DNA of 64,000 nucleotides from Candidatus Poribacteria bacterium (GTDB lineage: Bacteria > Poribacteria > WGA-4E > WGA-3G). Made by a program: the position numbers and the translations under genes. Location of the stretch: positions 1,312,001 to 1,376,000 of the forward strand of contig CAXXLX010000001.1 of assembly GCA_963665235.2 (NCBI GenBank), in the 5' to 3' direction. Under the pieces are notes generated by a model. It worked only from the letters and a program-made list of their open reading frames with translations. It made no database searches and was not told the origin of the DNA. Within the stretch, counting starts at the first letter, position 1, and every line of letters begins with the position of its first letter. Shown here one piece after another: positions 27,775 to 37,844 of this stretch.

Positions 27775-28914
27775 TTATTTTTCCTGCTGCGCCAATAGCT
27801 CCTGATATACCTGATAGGTGCGTTGGGCAATCGTTTCCCAGGTGAACTGTTGTACTCTGACAAGCCCGCGTTTTTGGAGCGTTTCGCTGAGGTTACCCTC
27901 TTTTGCAATTCTGCGTATTTGTGTCGCCAAAGTATTCACATCCGCTTCCGGAAAGATTAACCCCGCATCGCCGATGACTTGAGGTATCTCGCCTGAATCT
28001 GAGCCGATAACGGGTACTTCGCAGGCCATTCCCTCAATAAGCACTCTCCCGAAAAATTCGACCCACTCCGCAGTTGTCCGGGACGGTAAAACAAGCGTAT
28101 CCATACAATTGAGATAGTCGGGTACCTCTTCAGGCGGAATAGCATCTATCCAGACAAGTTTTTCTGCGATTCCGTGCGTTTCTGCGATGTTGTGGAGCCT
28201 CGGTTTATCGTCGCCTCGCCCGACGATTAGGAGTTTATACGGAAAGTCGAGCGTTGCTGCAGCATGTAGGAGCGTATCCACGCCCTTCATCGGAATCAAT
28301 CTACCGACATAACCGATGACGAAGCAATCGTCAAGTCCGAGGGAGGTCTTGAGTTGACTCGCATCTCGTTTCTGGAATAGCGACATGTCGACACCGTTTG
28401 GAAACGGAATTTGTTTACCTGTGTATCCTCTCTCCTTTAAGATTTTGCCAGCATTTTCGCTGAGCGGAAAGGCGATGTCGGTTTCCCGAAAGACGCGCCT
28501 CTCAATCCAAACTGGCAAGGGGCCAAAACGTTGCTTTGTCGGAATACTCATTGAGGTTCGAAAAATGAAGCGGCTGTTTGGACAAAACTTCCGTTTCAAC
28601 CACACAGTTTGCAAAGCGTTCAGGCTCCAAGCTTCCTCTTCGAGATGAATAATATCCGGCTGAAAGTGCTTGAAGTGTTGTGCAATGCCTCGCCGGTAGT
28701 AGAAGCGGCTGCCGTAGCCGGAAAACCGTATCGGACATGGCATCTCTTCACAACGGGTACGCGTCTCCGGTACAAAACGGAGGTGTTGAAAGTTTTCGTA
28801 CCAGCGGTCAGGAGTGAGCACGCGCATCACTACGTCCGGTGCTGCCGCGATGTGTGCGAACTTCTGCCGATACGGTTTCATAATATAGGAATGGGAAAGG
28901 ACTAAAACACGCAC
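27775..28914 (-). CDS. Glycosyltransferase family 4
   Basis: YVGRL..KG, EFFGRVLIEGMAC. Confidence 0.92.
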   Translation of the reverse strand: MRVLVLSHSYIMKPYRQKFAHIAAAPDVVMRVLTPDRWYENFQHLRFVPETRTRCEEMPCPIRFSGYGSRFYYRRGIAQHFKHFQPDIIHLEEEAWSLNALQTVWLKRKFCPNSRFIFRTSMSIPTKQRFGPLPVWIERRVFRETDIAFPLSENAGKILKERGYTGKQIPFPNGVDMSLFQKRDASQLKTSLGLDDCFVIGYVGRLIPMKGVDTLLHAAATLDFPYKLLIVGRGDDKPRLHNIAETHGIAEKLVWIDAIPPEEVPDYLNCMDTLVLPSRTTAEWVEFFGRVLIEGMACEVPVIGSDSGEIPQVIGDAGLIFPEADVNTLATQIRRIAKEGNLSETLQKRGLVRVQQFTWETIAQRTYQVYQELLAQQEK

Positions 28915-28919
28915 AGGTT

Positions 28920-29276
28920 TTAGGATTCAGTATCCGTTTCGTCACTTTTTACCGTAAAGGTGACTTCGGCTTCAGCATCCTCCCCGTTTTCAGCTGGTTC
29001 CTCAAGGCCCGCCATTAATGCTTCAAGTTTCTTACGAATTCCGGAGCGTTCATCCTCAGTAGCTAACCGCTCCCTTTCGGCTGTCTCCTCTAGGTCCCTT
29101 TTTTGGGATTCTAGTTCTTGAATTCGTGCATCGCGTTGTTGCAAATCGCTGTTAAGACGTTCAACTTCAGCCTCGAGTGCACGCCTTTCTTCTCTTAACG
29201 TTTGAACAGTTGAAATCGCGTGTTCAACATGTTCTTCCAGAAGTGTGACAACGTTTTTTTCTAATGTGTCAGACAT
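28920..29276 (-). CDS. ZapB-like coiled-coil protein
   Basis: LEEHVEHAISTVQTLREE resembles the ZapB N-terminus; fully coiled-coil. Confidence 0.55.
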   Translation of the reverse strand: MSDTLEKNVVTLLEEHVEHAISTVQTLREERRALEAEVERLNSDLQQRDARIQELESQKRDLEETAERERLATEDERSGIRKKLEALMAGLEEPAENGEDAEAEVTFTVKSDETDTES

Positions 29277-29422
29277 AGAAAAAAGCCTCCTATGATAGAT
29301 TATTGAAAGTTCCTTGTAGGCATATCCACAGTTCTTGCGTTCACGGGTGTTATCTGTTCTGCAATTGATATTTGATAATTATACCACCTGCAAGTTGAAA
29401 TATGCAACTTCTGCCCCCCAGT

Positions 29423-30313
29423 TTATCGGGTTGCGGTTAGTAGCGATAAATGTTCAGCATCTGCCCACTTCGGCTGATTTTGTGCGTAGTGGAACAGATA
29501 TTGTTGTGCGTATCCGACAAATTCGCCGAAATAGTTTTTCGCAAATTCGTGTATTTCGCGGGGCGTTGCCTGCCGCCGGAGGTACACCTGCTCAAAAATG
29601 CGTTTTATCCAGACATCAACCGGCAACGCTTCACCGTGCTCAAGTGAGAAAAGACAGATACAATCGGCTACCTTTTCGCCAACGCCCTTTAAGGTCATTA
29701 ATTCCTGCTTTGCTTCGATGTAGGGCATCTGTTTTAGGACATCAAGGTCGAGGGCCCCGGTCGTTACATTAGCGGCGGCCTGCCAAAGATATTCGGCACG
29801 ATAGCCGGTCCCACATGCAAAAATTGCGTCAACTCCAGCTTCCGCGAGCGTTACTGCTGTCGGAAAGGTATAATCGATGTATCCTTCAAATGTCAACTTC
29901 TCACCGAATTTTTCAGAAAGCGTCCGAATGATACGACGAATCCGAGCTACATTGTTGTTCTGCGATAAGATAAATGAGGCAATAGTTTCCCAAAGCTCTT
30001 GATTCAGAATACGCATCCCCCAGTACTGCACAATGGCACGATGGATATAGGCATCGACATCGACAGCCGCTAAGATGGTAGCTAGGTCACGATGCAGGTC
30101 AAGGTAGTGCTGAACGTACGATGTGAAGGTAGATTCATCCTCTTCGGCGGAGCTCTCAACATTTAAAATATCGTTGCTTTGCCAAATTTTGAGTATCCGC
30201 CCTTCAACAACGCCGCAATATGCGTCATCGACCCGGTGCCATCTAAAGGATTGCCCGGATTCTAGGGTGTATTTCAGGTTAAAGTCTGTAAAATTAGCAA
30301 TCTTTATGGTCAT
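29423..30313 (-). CDS. 8-oxoguanine DNA glycosylase (OGG1/HhH-GPD)
   Basis: TLESGQSFRW, SQNNN, GVGEKVADC, PVDVWI, GYAQQYLF. Confidence 0.92.
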   Translation of the reverse strand: MTIKIANFTDFNLKYTLESGQSFRWHRVDDAYCGVVEGRILKIWQSNDILNVESSAEEDESTFTSYVQHYLDLHRDLATILAAVDVDAYIHRAIVQYWGMRILNQELWETIASFILSQNNNVARIRRIIRTLSEKFGEKLTFEGYIDYTFPTAVTLAEAGVDAIFACGTGYRAEYLWQAAANVTTGALDLDVLKQMPYIEAKQELMTLKGVGEKVADCICLFSLEHGEALPVDVWIKRIFEQVYLRRQATPREIHEFAKNYFGEFVGYAQQYLFHYAQNQPKWADAEHLSLLTATR

Positions 30314-30439
30314 TTGTTGCATTATATCTAAAAACGGAACCGGATGCAAGCTATTAAAAAAAAATCATTTGAAAAATCGATTATAATATTGTATCATTAA
30401 AGTATATAATTATTAAAATTGAGGAGCAGACGTTTAAAT

Positions 30440-32389
30440 ATGATTATCTTTCTACGGGAAAAATTTATAGCCCAACTTTTTATGTGGGTTATCGCGATTG
30501 TCTTCGTCGTAGGCTCTATTTTGCTTTACAGCAGCTCAAGTGGGCAGCGCGATGGGCCGGAGGCAGACGTAGTTCTCAAAATTAAGGGATTGGAGGTCAG
30601 GCGGGACGACTTTGAGCAAAGAATCACGAATACCATCGAATCTCGCCGAAATCAGCGGTTTGGCGCAATTGACCGAGAGAAAGCACAAGAGGAAGTGATT
30701 GCGAACGTGATTCAAGGCGCAATACTCGGCAGCGTAAACATTAGCGACGCAGAGGTCGAACACTATATCCGAAGCGATGAAAACCTACTTGTACAGTACA
30801 ATCAATTACCGGAGAACATTGTAGCACAGCTTAGGCAACAGGTCCGCTACTATCTCAGTGCGACAGCACTGCGAGATAGTATTCGAACCCTTGAATTGGT
30901 AACCGACCCCGAAGTGGAACAGGCTTATCAGCTTGAAGCGAACAAGGCTAAAGTCAAGTTTATTGAATTTAAGCACCACGTTTATACGCCGACTGTGGAC
31001 ATTGATGAGGCTGCTGCAAAAGCCTACTTCGAAAAGAACAAGGCGGCTTATAAAACGGAGCAGGAAATAAAGGCAAAGCTCATCGAAATCAGGCCTGCCG
31101 ATTTCGTCTCAGATTCAGACATAGAAGAGTATTATAAAAGGAATCAGAGCAGATTTATGACGGTGGAAGCTGTTAAAGCACGGCACATTTTGAAAAAGTT
31201 CCCTGATAATGCCACAGATGAACAGAAGACGGAGGTCAAAGCAGCTGCGGAAGAGCTCCTTAAAACCGTGAAAACGGAGCTCGCAGCGGGGGCAACGTTT
31301 GCGGATTTGGCAAAAACGCATTCAGAGGGGCCTTCAGGCGAACAGGGCGGAGCCTTGCGTGGCGGAAATCCGAAACTGCCCCCCGGGGACTATTTTGCCC
31401 GCGGGGATATGGTTAAACCCTTTGAAGAGGCATGCTTCGATACGTTAAAGCTCGGTGAAGTCAGCGACCTCGTTGAAACTGTGTTCGGATATCACATTAT
31501 CCAATTGGAGGAGAAAAAACCCGCAGAGGCGCAACCTCTTTTACAAGTAGAGGCGGAAATCCGAGAAAAGTTGGTTAAAATTAACGGGGTAGAGGGGGCG
31601 AAAACTTTTGCCAATGACTTAATTATTGAAATTGAGATTCGGGATTATGATACTGCTCTGGCTCTTGACAAGTATAAGGAGAAATCCCTTATTGTGAAAG
31701 AGACCGGATTCTTTAGTCAAACCACCTCAAATATTCCGGAAATTGGCTCAGCAATTTACTACCGGGGCTTAACTGATGAGCTCTTCGACATGGAGCTGAA
31801 AATCATCAAAAAAATTGAGACGAAGAATTTTAAGGAGGAGGTCACCGCCTATTTTGTTGCTACTGTTCTTGAAAAGAGGGCGGCAGCAATTCCTGAATTC
31901 GCCGATGTCAAAGCACAAGTTATTGACGACATGCGCGAGCAAAAGGCAAAGGAACTTGCATTCGCGGACGCGCAAAAACTGTTTAATCAACGCACAGAAA
32001 ACGAATCCCTAGAGACGTTGCTAAAAAAATATAAAATGCCCGAAGGTGTCACCACCGAGGCGCTCACGGTTCAAGAGAGCAACCTTTTTAATCTGACTGC
32101 CGGGAGCAGCTATGTCTCCGGTATGGGAAACGCTAAAGACGTAATGTTTGCAGCGTTTAATATGGGGAAAGGGGACGTGCAAGGGCCATTCGCCGGAGAA
32201 ACCGCTGCTTACATCGTTGAATTGGTTGAGCAGGAGGAGGCTGACCTTGAATTGTTCCGGACAGACCCTGCTGAAAAGACGAAGCGGTCTCAGACGCTCC
32301 TGCAAACGAAAAAGGAGAAGGCTTATAACAATTGGTTTGCCGCTCGCAAAAACCGTGCGAATCCCTGGGTTCATGAGGACTATCGCTAA
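30440..32389 (+). CDS. Membrane-anchored parvulin PPIase (PpiD/SurA-like)
   Basis: N-terminal TM; ARHIL..FADLAKTHS..MVKPFE..GYHII. Confidence 0.85.
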   Translation: MIIFLREKFIAQLFMWVIAIVFVVGSILLYSSSSGQRDGPEADVVLKIKGLEVRRDDFEQRITNTIESRRNQRFGAIDREKAQEEVIANVIQGAILGSVNISDAEVEHYIRSDENLLVQYNQLPENIVAQLRQQVRYYLSATALRDSIRTLELVTDPEVEQAYQLEANKAKVKFIEFKHHVYTPTVDIDEAAAKAYFEKNKAAYKTEQEIKAKLIEIRPADFVSDSDIEEYYKRNQSRFMTVEAVKARHILKKFPDNATDEQKTEVKAAAEELLKTVKTELAAGATFADLAKTHSEGPSGEQGGALRGGNPKLPPGDYFARGDMVKPFEEACFDTLKLGEVSDLVETVFGYHIIQLEEKKPAEAQPLLQVEAEIREKLVKINGVEGAKTFANDLIIEIEIRDYDTALALDKYKEKSLIVKETGFFSQTTSNIPEIGSAIYYRGLTDELFDMELKIIKKIETKNFKEEVTAYFVATVLEKRAAAIPEFADVKAQVIDDMREQKAKELAFADAQKLFNQRTENESLETLLKKYKMPEGVTTEALTVQESNLFNLTAGSSYVSGMGNAKDVMFAAFNMGKGDVQGPFAGETAAYIVELVEQEEADLELFRTDPAEKTKRSQTLLQTKKEKAYNNWFAARKNRANPWVHEDYR

Positions 32390-33453
32390 TTGAGAATGTC
32401 GTAAAAAAAGTTCCTACGTTTCGGAACATATCCCAATTCTGAGATGGTTCGTTCGATTTCGGCTGATGGCATGCAGTAAACGGTGCCGGCTTTGCTGACG
32501 ACGTTTTCCTCTATCATGGTGCCGCCCATATCGTTGGCACCGAACTTGAGCGAGAGCTGACCAATTTTTGGGCCTTGGGTGACCCACGATGACTGGAAGT
32601 TATCGAAATTATCGAGAAATAAGCGGGAAATCGCTAAGGTTTTGAGGTATTCAAAACTGCCCGCGGGCGGAATGTGTGCCAGTTCTGTATTGTTCGGTTG
32701 AAACGACCAACAGATAAAAGCGGTGAAGCCGCCGGTTTCATCTTGTAGGTCACGCAGTTTCATCAGATGTTCAACCCGTTCGGTGTAGCTTTCGACGTGT
32801 CCATACATCATAGTGGCACTCGATTTGAGTCCGATAAGATGCCCCTGGCGCATGACTTCGAGCCATTCCGCTGCGGTGCATTTCTTAGGACTAATTATGT
32901 TTCGGGCATGGTCGGTTAAGATTTCGGCACCGCCGCCGGGGATGGAGTCGAGCCCAGCGTCGCGTAACCGTGTGAGCACTTCTTGCAACGACATTCGATT
33001 AATTTTAGCAAACCAATCTAATTCGGGTGGCGAGAATCCGTGAATGTGAATTCGATAGTTCGCTTTAATCCATCGGAGGAGGTCTTCATACCACTCTAAC
33101 TTAAGTTTCGGATGTAAACCGCCTTGCATGAGAATGAGTTCGCCTCCTAAGTCAAGCGTTTCCTGTATTTTTTTTCCGAGCTCCTCCCGTTCCATTACAT
33201 AAGCGTCGGGGTCTTTTCGATGGCGGTAGAAGGCGCAAAACTCACAATCTACATAGCACCAATTGGTATAGTTAATGTTTCTATCTACTATATAGGTGAT
33301 GTAGTTTTCAGGGTGCTTTCGCTGCCGCACAATGTCTGCAGCCTGTCCGAGTGCTAGTAAATCGTGGCTCTTGAAAAGGGTGAGGCCATCATTGAAATCC
33401 AAACGTTTTCCGGCGAGTGCTTTCTCTAAAATAGGTTGAGTGCTGTTGTCCAT
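32386..33453 (-). CDS. mqnC: Cyclic dehypoxanthinyl futalosine synthase (radical SAM)
   Basis: DRNINYTNWCYVDCEFCAFYR, SIPGGGAEIL, QSSWVTQG. Confidence 0.9.
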   Translation of the reverse strand: MDNSTQPILEKALAGKRLDFNDGLTLFKSHDLLALGQAADIVRQRKHPENYITYIVDRNINYTNWCYVDCEFCAFYRHRKDPDAYVMEREELGKKIQETLDLGGELILMQGGLHPKLKLEWYEDLLRWIKANYRIHIHGFSPPELDWFAKINRMSLQEVLTRLRDAGLDSIPGGGAEILTDHARNIISPKKCTAAEWLEVMRQGHLIGLKSSATMMYGHVESYTERVEHLMKLRDLQDETGGFTAFICWSFQPNNTELAHIPPAGSFEYLKTLAISRLFLDNFDNFQSSWVTQGPKIGQLSLKFGANDMGGTMIEENVVSKAGTVYCMPSAEIERTISELGYVPKRRNFFYDILN

Positions 33454-33537
33454 CGGTTTTCTATTGTCCTTTTTGTATAGGTTTATTGATTGTAATAAGA
33501 ATTTTACCATTTTAACGCGGATATGTCAAATTTTAAT

Positions 33538-33566
33538 TTGACATTGTCAGAAAAGTTGGGTATAAT
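33538..33566 (+). promoter_or_regulatory. Sigma70 promoter of rpoZ
   Basis: TTGACA-17 nt-TATAAT. Confidence 0.8.
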
Positions 33567-33600
33567 TAAGGATTGAGTTTGCAAATAGCGGAGGAATACA

Positions 33601-33933
33601 ATGGCGATTGTTTACCTTGAAGAATTGGTAGAAAAGGTGTCGAATAAAAATAAATACCTGGCCGTTAATATTATCTCAAAACGTGCGCGGGCACTAAATG
33701 ATGAATTCGCAGGCATCAGTTTAGCACAAAAACAGAAACCTGTCTCTGTTGCGACTGAAGAATTGGCGGCGGGTGAACTGACATACAAACAGGGGACATC
33801 AGAGCAAGAAACATCTCAACCGGCGGCGGTCTTTGCATCGGAGTCCGAGGATTTTGATGCTGTGGATGGCGATGAACAGTTTGCAGCCCTCTACGGTATT
33901 ACTGACGATGCTGATACGCAAGAAGAAGAGTAA
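33601..33933 (+). CDS. rpoZ: RNA polymerase omega subunit with acidic tail
   Basis: NKY..V..SKRAR.L..KPVSVATEE. Confidence 0.8.
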   Translation: MAIVYLEELVEKVSNKNKYLAVNIISKRARALNDEFAGISLAQKQKPVSVATEELAAGELTYKQGTSEQETSQPAAVFASESEDFDAVDGDEQFAALYGITDDADTQEEE

Positions 33934-33983
33934 TATGGAACGGGGGGTCTTTTCTCTAAGTCCTGCGTAAAATTAAAATTTTC

Positions 33984-34012
33984 TTGACAAACTCGGAAAA
34001 ACGGTGTATACT
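33984..34012 (+). promoter_or_regulatory. Promoter of the tRNA operon
   Basis: TTGACA-17 nt-TATACT. Confidence 0.8.
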
Positions 34013-34065
34013 TATATATAGGGAACCGTTCCGTTGTTTCGTCACTGAGCGTAAAAACAGGTGAC

Positions 34066-34137
34066 GCTGACGTGGCTCAATGGTAGAGCAAGTGATTTGT
34101 AATCACTAGGTTGGAGGTTCGATTCCTCTCGTCAGCT
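34066..34137 (+). tRNA. tRNA-Thr(TGT)
   Basis: Cloverleaf; anticodon arm agtga-ttTGTaa-tcact. Confidence 0.95.
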
Positions 34138-34147
34138 TTTTAAAATT

Positions 34148-34229
34148 CGGGGTGTGCTTGAGCGGTCAAAAAGGGCAGACTGTAAATCTGTTGGCTATGC
34201 CTACGGTGGTTCGAATCCATCCGCCCCGA
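34148..34229 (+). tRNA. tRNA-Tyr(GTA) with a C1:G72 pair
   Basis: Acceptor stem cggggtg/cgccccg plus A73; anticodon arm gcaga-ctGTAaa-tctgt; variable arm present. Confidence 0.93.
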
Positions 34230-34240
34230 TTCGCTTTTGT

Positions 34241-34313
34241 GCGGGAGTAGCTCAGCTGGTAGAGCATTGGCCTTCCAAGCCATGCGTCGCGGGTTCGAAT
34301 CCCGTCTCCCGCT
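34241..34313 (+). tRNA. tRNA-Gly(TCC)
   Basis: Acceptor stem gcgggag/ctcccgc; loop ctTCCaa. Confidence 0.95.
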
Positions 34314-34332
34314 TGGGGTCCGTTTTTAAGGT

Positions 34333-34405
<73 letters not shown>

Positions 34406-34414
34406 TCACGTTAA

Positions 34415-34540
34415 TTGGCAAATGGCGATTGGCAGCAATTAGCAAGAGTTGGTGATTCATCAAAGATATTTGAAGAGCATCAGATATTTCTTGCCAATAG
34501 CCAACGCTCATAAGTCAACAGTTTCTAATAGTCATTGTCG
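34415..34540. repeat. Degenerate heptamer-armed inverted-repeat element
   Basis: ttggcaa/tggcga/ttagcaaga ... tcttgccaa/tagccaa. Confidence 0.6.
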
Positions 34541-34587
34541 GATTGGACTTTGTTCAACCCGACCTACAACAAAATAGGACAGTAGTT

Positions 34588-34740
34588 ATGCCTAGAGATA
34601 TTGTGACCTTAGCCTGTGATATATGCAAACAACGGAATTACGTTACAACTCGGAATCGGCGAACACACGAAGCCCGGTATGAACGGAAAAAGTTCTGTCG
34701 ATTCTGCAGGAAACATACACTCCATAAGGAGACACGTTAA
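34588..34740 (+). CDS. rpmG: 50S ribosomal protein L33 (Zn-binding type)
   Basis: [28 protein letters not shown]. Confidence 0.97.
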   Translation: MPRDIVTLACDICKQRNYVTTRNRRTHEARYERKKFCRFCRKHTLHKETR

Positions 34741-34753
34741 AACGCAGCCTTGA

Positions 34754-34827
34754 AGGCCAGTAGCTCGAACTGGTAGAGCGCCGGTCTCCAAAACCGGATG
34801 TTGGGGGTTCGAATCCCTCCTGGCCTG
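34754..34827 (+). tRNA. tRNA-Trp(CCA)
   Basis: Acceptor stem aggccag/ctggcct; anticodon arm ccggt-ctCCAaa-accgg. Confidence 0.95.
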
Positions 34828-34879
34828 CTTCTCATCGGGGGCACCTGGGTGTTCCGATAAAAGAGGGTTTCTTTGTTCT

Positions 34880-35257
34880 ATGATCAAACGTATTAAACAG
34901 TATATTCAGAATATCCTTTTAGAATGGCAAAAGGTCTCTAAACCTGATGCAGAACAGGTCCGCGGCAGTACTATTGCAGTTTTAGTTGCCACCGCGCTGC
35001 TCGGTCTGTACATTTGGCTCGTTGATGGAAGCGGTAGTTATCCAACGTGGGATTCACCCCTGACCCTGCTTCTACTAATTTTAATTCCGCTGGGAGTCTT
35101 TTTTATGGGTGAGGACGCTTTGGCAAATAGACGTTTTCTGATAACCGCTATCGCGTGTATTCCTTTAATCATTGTTCTCATTAACAATTACGCGCTTAAA
35201 CTTTCACACCTTGAAGGTTTTGGGATGTCTTTTTTAAGGCATCTCTTTATCCGTTAA
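34880..35257 (+). CDS. secE: Preprotein translocase SecE with extra C-terminal TM helices
   Basis: Position between tRNA-Trp and nusG; E..KVSxP..T..V..D pattern. Confidence 0.8.
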   Translation: MIKRIKQYIQNILLEWQKVSKPDAEQVRGSTIAVLVATALLGLYIWLVDGSGSYPTWDSPLTLLLLILIPLGVFFMGEDALANRRFLITAIACIPLIIVLINNYALKLSHLEGFGMSFLRHLFIR

Positions 35258-35296
35258 CTTCAGGCTCGGGCCTATATAGATACGTGAGAATTAACT

Positions 35297-35869
35297 ATGG
35301 ACGGTTACTGGTACATTGTTCAAGTCTATACGGGACATGAAAAGAAAATAGAGCATAACCTCAAGACGCGTCTTGCTACCGATTCAGACGTAGATAAGGA
35401 ACTCCAGGACGAAATTCTACAAATTAACGTTCCGATGTCTAAGACTGTTAAAAATGAGGATGGAAAACGCAAAGTGCGAACCGTGCCGACGTATCCGGGG
35501 TATCTGCTTGTCAACTTTCTTCATGAAACGGGGCCTTATACGGAAGACCCAATTGGACAAAAGAGTTGGGCGTTCATTAGAGAAACGCCTGGCGTTATGA
35601 ATTTTTTGGGGAACGCCAATCCGACCCCGCTCGGGCCTGAAGATGTAGAGCAGATGCTGCAAAGTTCAACGGTTGAAGAGGAAGAGCCGGTCCTCGAAGT
35701 TCCATACGCAGTAGGTGATAAAGTTCGCGTGATTGAAGGGCCGTTTAGCTCGTTCACTGCTGAAATTCTCGGAATTGATGAGCAGCGGAACCGATTAAGC
35801 CTCTCTATTACTATCTTTGGCCGTTCAACACCGCTTGAACTCGGATTTCTCGGCGTGGAGCGTCTCTAG
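35297..35869 (+). CDS. nusG: Transcription termination/antitermination factor NusG
   Basis: WYIVQVYTGHE, YPGY, KOW motif, IFGRSTP. Confidence 0.97.
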   Translation: MDGYWYIVQVYTGHEKKIEHNLKTRLATDSDVDKELQDEILQINVPMSKTVKNEDGKRKVRTVPTYPGYLLVNFLHETGPYTEDPIGQKSWAFIRETPGVMNFLGNANPTPLGPEDVEQMLQSSTVEEEEPVLEVPYAVGDKVRVIEGPFSSFTAEILGIDEQRNRLSLSITIFGRSTPLELGFLGVERL

Positions 35870-35900
35870 CATGTTTGTAGAGATACGGAGACATTAACAA

Positions 35901-36323
35901 ATGGCAAAAAAAGTAGCAGGTGAAGTCAAACTTCAATTAGTGTCCGGGCAAGCCACACCGCAGCCGCCTGTCGGCCCAAGTCTTGCCCCGTATGCAATTA
36001 ATCTGCAAGAATTTATCAAATCCTTCAACGCACAAACACAGCAACAGAGCGGGATGGTTGTTACAACAATCATCACCTGTTATAGCGACCGGTCCTTTAC
36101 ATTCACAGTCAAATCGCCCCCGGCGGCTGTCCTGCTTAAAACCGCTGCAAAAATCGCAAAGGGGTCAGGTGAACCGAATCGGAATAAGGTCGCTACTATT
36201 ACCGAAGCCCAAATTCGAGAAATCGCACAAACCAAATTACCAGATCTCAATACCACCGATATAGAGGCAGCAGTCCGAATGGTTGAAGGGACAGCACGTA
36301 GCATGGGTTTAACTATTGACTAA
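35901..36323 (+). CDS. rplK: 50S ribosomal protein L11
   Basis: [16 protein letters not shown]. Confidence 0.98.
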   Translation: MAKKVAGEVKLQLVSGQATPQPPVGPSLAPYAINLQEFIKSFNAQTQQQSGMVVTTIITCYSDRSFTFTVKSPPAAVLLKTAAKIAKGSGEPNRNKVATITEAQIREIAQTKLPDLNTTDIEAAVRMVEGTARSMGLTID

Positions 36324-36337
36324 TTTGAGGAAAAAAC

Positions 36338-37036
36338 ATGGCGAAAAGAGGAAAACGGTACCGAGAGCTTCAGCAACATGTGGAGCGGCTCCAATTATAT
36401 ACAGTGGATGAAGCAATTTCACTCCTAAAAAAGACAGGCACAGCGAAATTTGATGAAACAGTCGATTTAGCCTCCCGCCTCGGCGTTGATGCCCGCATTG
36501 CTGAACAGAATATACGCGGCACTGTTTCGCTCCCCCACGGAACGGGGAAAAGTGTACGCGTCGCTGTCTTCGCTGAAGGCGATAAAGCACAGGAAGCTGA
36601 GGAAGCTGGTGCAGACTTTGTCGGAAGTGATGACCTCGTCGATAAAATCGTTGAGGGATGGCTCGATTTTGACGCAACAATCGCAACACCCGACTTGATG
36701 CGCAGTATCACCCCAAAGTTAGGACGCATCCTCGGACCACGCGGATTAATGCCTAATCCAAAAGCTGGCACTGTCACTATCGATATCACCGAAACGCTGC
36801 AGAACATCAAAGCTGGGCAAATTGAATATCGCGTTGAACGTACATCCGGAATTGTACACGTGCCCATCGGTAAAATCTCTTTTGAGGAGCAGCAGATTAA
36901 GGAAAACTTGACCACTGTGATGGACGCGCTTGTCAAGGCACGCCCCGCATCAGCAAAAGGACGATACATTAGAAGCGTGGCTGTCTCATCAACAATGGGA
37001 AGCAGTATCCGAATTGACCCGCAGCAATTTGCATAA
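36338..37036 (+). CDS. rplA: 50S ribosomal protein L1
   Basis: [21 protein letters not shown]. Confidence 0.98.
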   Translation: MAKRGKRYRELQQHVERLQLYTVDEAISLLKKTGTAKFDETVDLASRLGVDARIAEQNIRGTVSLPHGTGKSVRVAVFAEGDKAQEAEEAGADFVGSDDLVDKIVEGWLDFDATIATPDLMRSITPKLGRILGPRGLMPNPKAGTVTIDITETLQNIKAGQIEYRVERTSGIVHVPIGKISFEEQQIKENLTTVMDALVKARPASAKGRYIRSVAVSSTMGSSIRIDPQQFA

Positions 37037-37087
37037 TTTCAAGTGAAGGAAGAATAAGTAAGAAGACACATTCCGAAAAAACAGAAT

Positions 37088-37232
37088 AGAGTCGTAGACA
37101 GTAGGTGCCGTTGGCTTAATAACCTGCCGAGGCTCGGATAGGGTCGCAAAATACACCGTCTCTTTTAAGACGGTCCGTGTTTGTCCCCCCGAAGTTCGGT
37201 AAAGCCTCCAGGGACCTGGAGGTTTTTCTATT
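37088..37232 (+). promoter_or_regulatory. L10 leader (autogenous regulatory RNA)
   Basis: gtagacagtagg...ttaa..cctgccgagg motif upstream of rplJ, followed by hairpins. Confidence 0.8.
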
Positions 37233-37270
37233 TCTGGACGGAATAGTCACGAAATAAAAGGAGTTGCCCT

Positions 37271-37837
37271 ATGCCGAATGAAGCGAATATTCAGCAGGTT
37301 GGACAAATTCGAGAGCTCTTCGAAAATTCGGATGTTGTCCTTTTAGCAGATTTTCAAGGGCTCACCGTCGCGGAGGTAAACGCGTTACGCCAACAGCTGC
37401 GCGAAGCGAATATTCAATACAAAGTTTGCAAGAATACCTTGATAAACGTCGTCGCGCAGGAACGAGGCGTTGAAGGAATTGAACCCTATCTAAAAGGGAA
37501 CACCGCCCTGGCAGGTAGTGATGACCCGGCAGCCGCCACCAAAATATTGCTCGATTTTAGTGAGGAGCATGAAAACTTGGAAATTAAAGGCGGCATCCTT
37601 GGACAACGGGTAGTTGACGCTGAAGCTGTTAAAACCTTCCAAGATTTACCCTCAAAGGATGTCCTGATTGCTAAAGCTATCGGGAACATTAGCGCACCGC
37701 TCGCCGGACTTGTCGGTGTCTTGAATGCTGGGTCGCCTATCACAGGGCTCGTCAATGTGCTTAACGGCACAATACGTCAGGTGACAACTGTCCTAACACA
37801 GGTCACCGAACAGAAGAAAGCAGCCGAAGAGGCTTAA
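37271..37837 (+). CDS. rplJ: 50S ribosomal protein L10
   Basis: GLTV..LR..KVCKNTL; extended C-terminal helix. Confidence 0.97.
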   Translation: MPNEANIQQVGQIRELFENSDVVLLADFQGLTVAEVNALRQQLREANIQYKVCKNTLINVVAQERGVEGIEPYLKGNTALAGSDDPAAATKILLDFSEEHENLEIKGGILGQRVVDAEAVKTFQDLPSKDVLIAKAIGNISAPLAGLVGVLNAGSPITGLVNVLNGTIRQVTTVLTQVTEQKKAAEEA

Positions 37838-37844
37838 TTTTATC

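Noticed and set aside
27686-27775. tRNA-Leu as an integration site
   Set aside because: No integrase and no duplicated tRNA 3' end are seen in the window.
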